A DNA stretch of 64,000 bases. Origin: Tagaea sp. (GTDB lineage Bacteria > Pseudomonadota > Alphaproteobacteria > CACIAM-22H2). Both the position numbers and the translations under genes were made by a program. The notes under the pieces are model-generated. The model was not told where the DNA came from and made no database searches. It saw only the letters and a list, made by a program, of their open reading frames with translations. This document shows positions 61,785 to 64,000 of this stretch, one piece after another. How positions within the stretch are numbered: the stretch's first letter is position 1; each line of letters starts with the position of its first letter. The stretch is taken from the NCBI GenBank assembly GCA_965279525.1, contig CBDIIB010000005.1, positions 384,001 through 448,000 of the forward strand, in the 5' to 3' direction.

Positions 61785-62236
61785 GACAGCATCCCGACCG
61801 GAAGCTGAATGCCCAGGAGCCACTTGAACATGAACCAGAAGGCGGCGGCACCGGCCACCGCCGTGACGGCCAGCGTGGCGTTGACGCGCGCACCGGCATA
61901 GACCGCGACGGCCGCGATCAGTGCGGCGACAGACAGCGGATAACCGGCGACCGGAACCGCCAGCAAGTAGACGACGAGGATCGCAAGCAGCCCCGCCGCA
62001 CGCAGATGCGCCGACACCGGAAGGTCGTCGTCCGGGGCCTTCGCCGGCCGCAGCACGCTGCGGCCGGCGAGCACGAACCCCGTCAGTCCCATGCCGACAG
62101 CCAGCATGCGCGGTACGCCATCGGCACCTACCGCGTCGGCAAGCAGGCTCTGCTGGATCGTCGTGGCCTGGGCGTAGTAGGCCCCGGCCACGATGACGGC
62201 AAGAATGCCAAGGCCGGTATCGCGCGAAAACGTCAC
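61775..62236 (-). CDS. tctB: Tripartite tricarboxylate transporter small subunit
   Basis: GTG start overlapping the tctC stop; 4-5 TM; LGIQLPVG. Confidence 0.82.
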   Translation of the reverse strand: MTFSRDTGLGILAVIVAGAYYAQATTIQQSLLADAVGADGVPRMLAVGMGLTGFVLAGRSVLRPAKAPDDDLPVSAHLRAAGLLAILVVYLLAVPVAGYPLSVAALIAAVAVYAGARVNATLAVTAVAGAAAFWFMFKWLLGIQLPVGMLSWG

Positions 62237-63192
62237 TTGATGACGCCCAGCTCGCGCAGCGTCGCGGTGATTTCTTCCGCGAATTTCTGGGTGAAGACGC
62301 GCGCTTCCGCACGCCCGAGTACGGTCGGCACGAGGCTTTCCTTGGCGTACTCGGCCTTGTAGGCATCGCTCGCCACGACCTGGCGGATCGCACGTTCCCA
62401 CTGGGCCGCGATGTCGTCGGGGATGCCCTTGGGGCCCGCAAGTCCACGGAACTTCGTCACGACCACGTCGAAGCCCTGCTCCTTGACCGTCGCGAGATTC
62501 GCGAAATCGGGCAGGCGCTTCTCGGTCAGCACCCCGAGCAGGCGCACCTTGCCGGCATCGAGCTGGGCGCGGATCTCCTGGATCTCGCCGATGCCGAAAT
62601 CGAGCGTGCCGTTGAGCACGTTGATCATCAGGTCGCCGCCGCCCTCGTGGCTGACGACCGCCGCCTGCACGCCGGCGACCTTCTTCAGCCGCTCCAGTGC
62701 GATGCGTTCGAGCGACGCGGGGTTCGCGGCCCCCCACTTGGCGCGGCCGACATTCGCCTTGGCGTAGGCAAGCGCATCCGCCACGTTGCGGAACGGGCTT
62801 TCGGCGCGCGTGTAGATCACTTCGGGATCGAGAAACACGATCGCGATCGGATCGAGACCGTCGTAGCCGATCTCGGGCTTGGACAGCAGCGAGGTCTGGA
62901 TATATGTGGGCGTCGTCGCATAGAACATGCCGCCGTTTGGCGGCGACTTGGCGACCTTCGCGATCGCGGCAGCGCCGCTGCCGCCGCGCACGTTGTCGAT
63001 GCCGAAGCTTGTTCCCATGACCGGCGTCAGATGCTTGACGAGTTCGCGCAGGAACACGTCGCTTCCGCCGCCGGGACTGGAATGCGTGACGAGACTGACC
63101 GGCGAGACGGGATACTTCGCCTGCGCCGCGACGTCGGCCGACGCGACGGCAAGGATGGCCGAAAGCCCGGCGATCCAGTTCTTCATCTGCAT
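62233..63192 (-). CDS. tctC: Tripartite tricarboxylate transporter substrate-binding protein (Bug family)
   Basis: Signal peptide, YP..PV, SSPGGGSD, NVRGGSG, HEGGG. Confidence 0.88.
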   Translation of the reverse strand: MQMKNWIAGLSAILAVASADVAAQAKYPVSPVSLVTHSSPGGGSDVFLRELVKHLTPVMGTSFGIDNVRGGSGAAAIAKVAKSPPNGGMFYATTPTYIQTSLLSKPEIGYDGLDPIAIVFLDPEVIYTRAESPFRNVADALAYAKANVGRAKWGAANPASLERIALERLKKVAGVQAAVVSHEGGGDLMINVLNGTLDFGIGEIQEIRAQLDAGKVRLLGVLTEKRLPDFANLATVKEQGFDVVVTKFRGLAGPKGIPDDIAAQWERAIRQVVASDAYKAEYAKESLVPTVLGRAEARVFTQKFAEEITATLRELGVIK

Positions 63193-63215
63193 GGACCTTC
63201 TCCCTATTTTGTCCC

Positions 63216-64000
63216 TCAGCCGGCGCGCAGGCGGGGGCCTGCACCGACTCCGGACGCCCAGTTGGCAAAACCGACGACGGCGAACGTGACGATCAGCATC
63301 GTCACGCCGATCACGGCGATCGCGCCGAGATTTCCGCTTTCGTTGAGGTCGTAGATGACGACCGACAAAACTTTCGTGCTCGACGAAGCGAGCATCACCG
63401 CGGCCGAGAGCTCGCGCACGACGCCGATGAAGATCAGGCACCAGCCGGCGATCACGCCGCTCTTCAGCAGCGGTGCGGTGATCCGCCACAGCGTGGCAAG
63501 CCGGTCGGCGCCCAGGATGCGCGATGCCTCTTCCAGTTCGGGATGCAGGCCGCGGAACGACGCCCGCATCTGCTGGAACGCGGCGGGCAGTTCGATCGTC
63601 AGGTACGCCAGGAACAGGATCCACAGCGTGCCGTAGAGCACGACTGGCCCGCGCGTGTAGGCAAGGAACAGCCCCACGCCGAGCACGATGCCCGGAATCG
63701 CGATCGGCGCCGTGGCGAGGAACTCGAGCGCGCGGCCGCCGAAGGTCGGTCGGCGTGCGGCCAGATAGGCGATCACCAGCGCCAGCACGGCGCCGGCCGT
63801 TGCCGTCGCGGCCGCCAGGATGAACGTGTTCGAGAAAGCGCGGCGCGTCTGCGAGAACTCGATGAACACGAACGTGAAATTCTCGATCGTGATGTTGTTG
63901 GGGTCGAACGGGCCGGATGGCACCCGGCTGATCGCCGCCTTGATGAGCGCGCCGTAAGGAAGGAACAGCGGCAACGCCAGTGCCGCGATGACCAGGGCGA
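63216..64000 (-). CDS. FbpB-like (iron(III)/thiamine-type) ABC permease, C-terminal part
   Basis: PIAIPGIVLG, EAA motif ELEEASRILGA; start lies beyond the window. Confidence 0.85.
   Translation of the reverse strand, partial: ALVIAALALPLFLPYGALIKAAISRVPSGPFDPNNITIENFTFVFIEFSQTRRAFSNTFILAAATATAGAVLALVIAYLAARRPTFGGRALEFLATAPIAIPGIVLGVGLFLAYTRGPVVLYGTLWILFLAYLTIELPAAFQQMRASFRGLHPELEEASRILGADRLATLWRITAPLLKSGVIAGWCLIFIGVVRELSAAVMLASSSTKVLSVVIYDLNESGNLGAIAVIGVTMLIVTFAVVGFANWASGVGAGPRLRAG

Overview
High-GC alphaproteobacterial chromosomal window (Rhodospirillales-like gene content), almost fully coding; I see no rRNA, tRNA, CRISPR array or mobile element. Left to right: partial 5'-nucleotidase; J-domain-cobS-cobT; a ~17.5 kb minus-strand catabolic cluster (4744-22238) divergent from a GntR/HutC regulator; a stand-alone class III cyclase-like gene; tctDE with two TctC and tctBA; a pentapeptide-repeat protein, DUF4197, GGT and DUF4126; an SPFH/NfeD cluster; lower phenylacetate pathway genes (paaY, N, G, H, I, J, K); housekeeping genes (qor, bdhA, pcs, mscS, hspQ, recQ); and a second TTT operon with MmgE/PrpD and SDR. 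The standout is the catabolic cluster. It joins known sulfolactate genes (suyAB, comC-like, slcC-like, TauE exporter, TauT-type ABC importer) to a non-canonical four-subunit succinate-dehydrogenase paralogue and a two-subunit class I fumarase paralogue. I infer a TCA-mimicking route: 3-sulfopropionate -> sulfoacrylate -> sulfolactate -> pyruvate + sulfite. Several indels at 39.5-46.6 kb look like sequencing errors. All calls come from motif recognition by eye; no database search was run.
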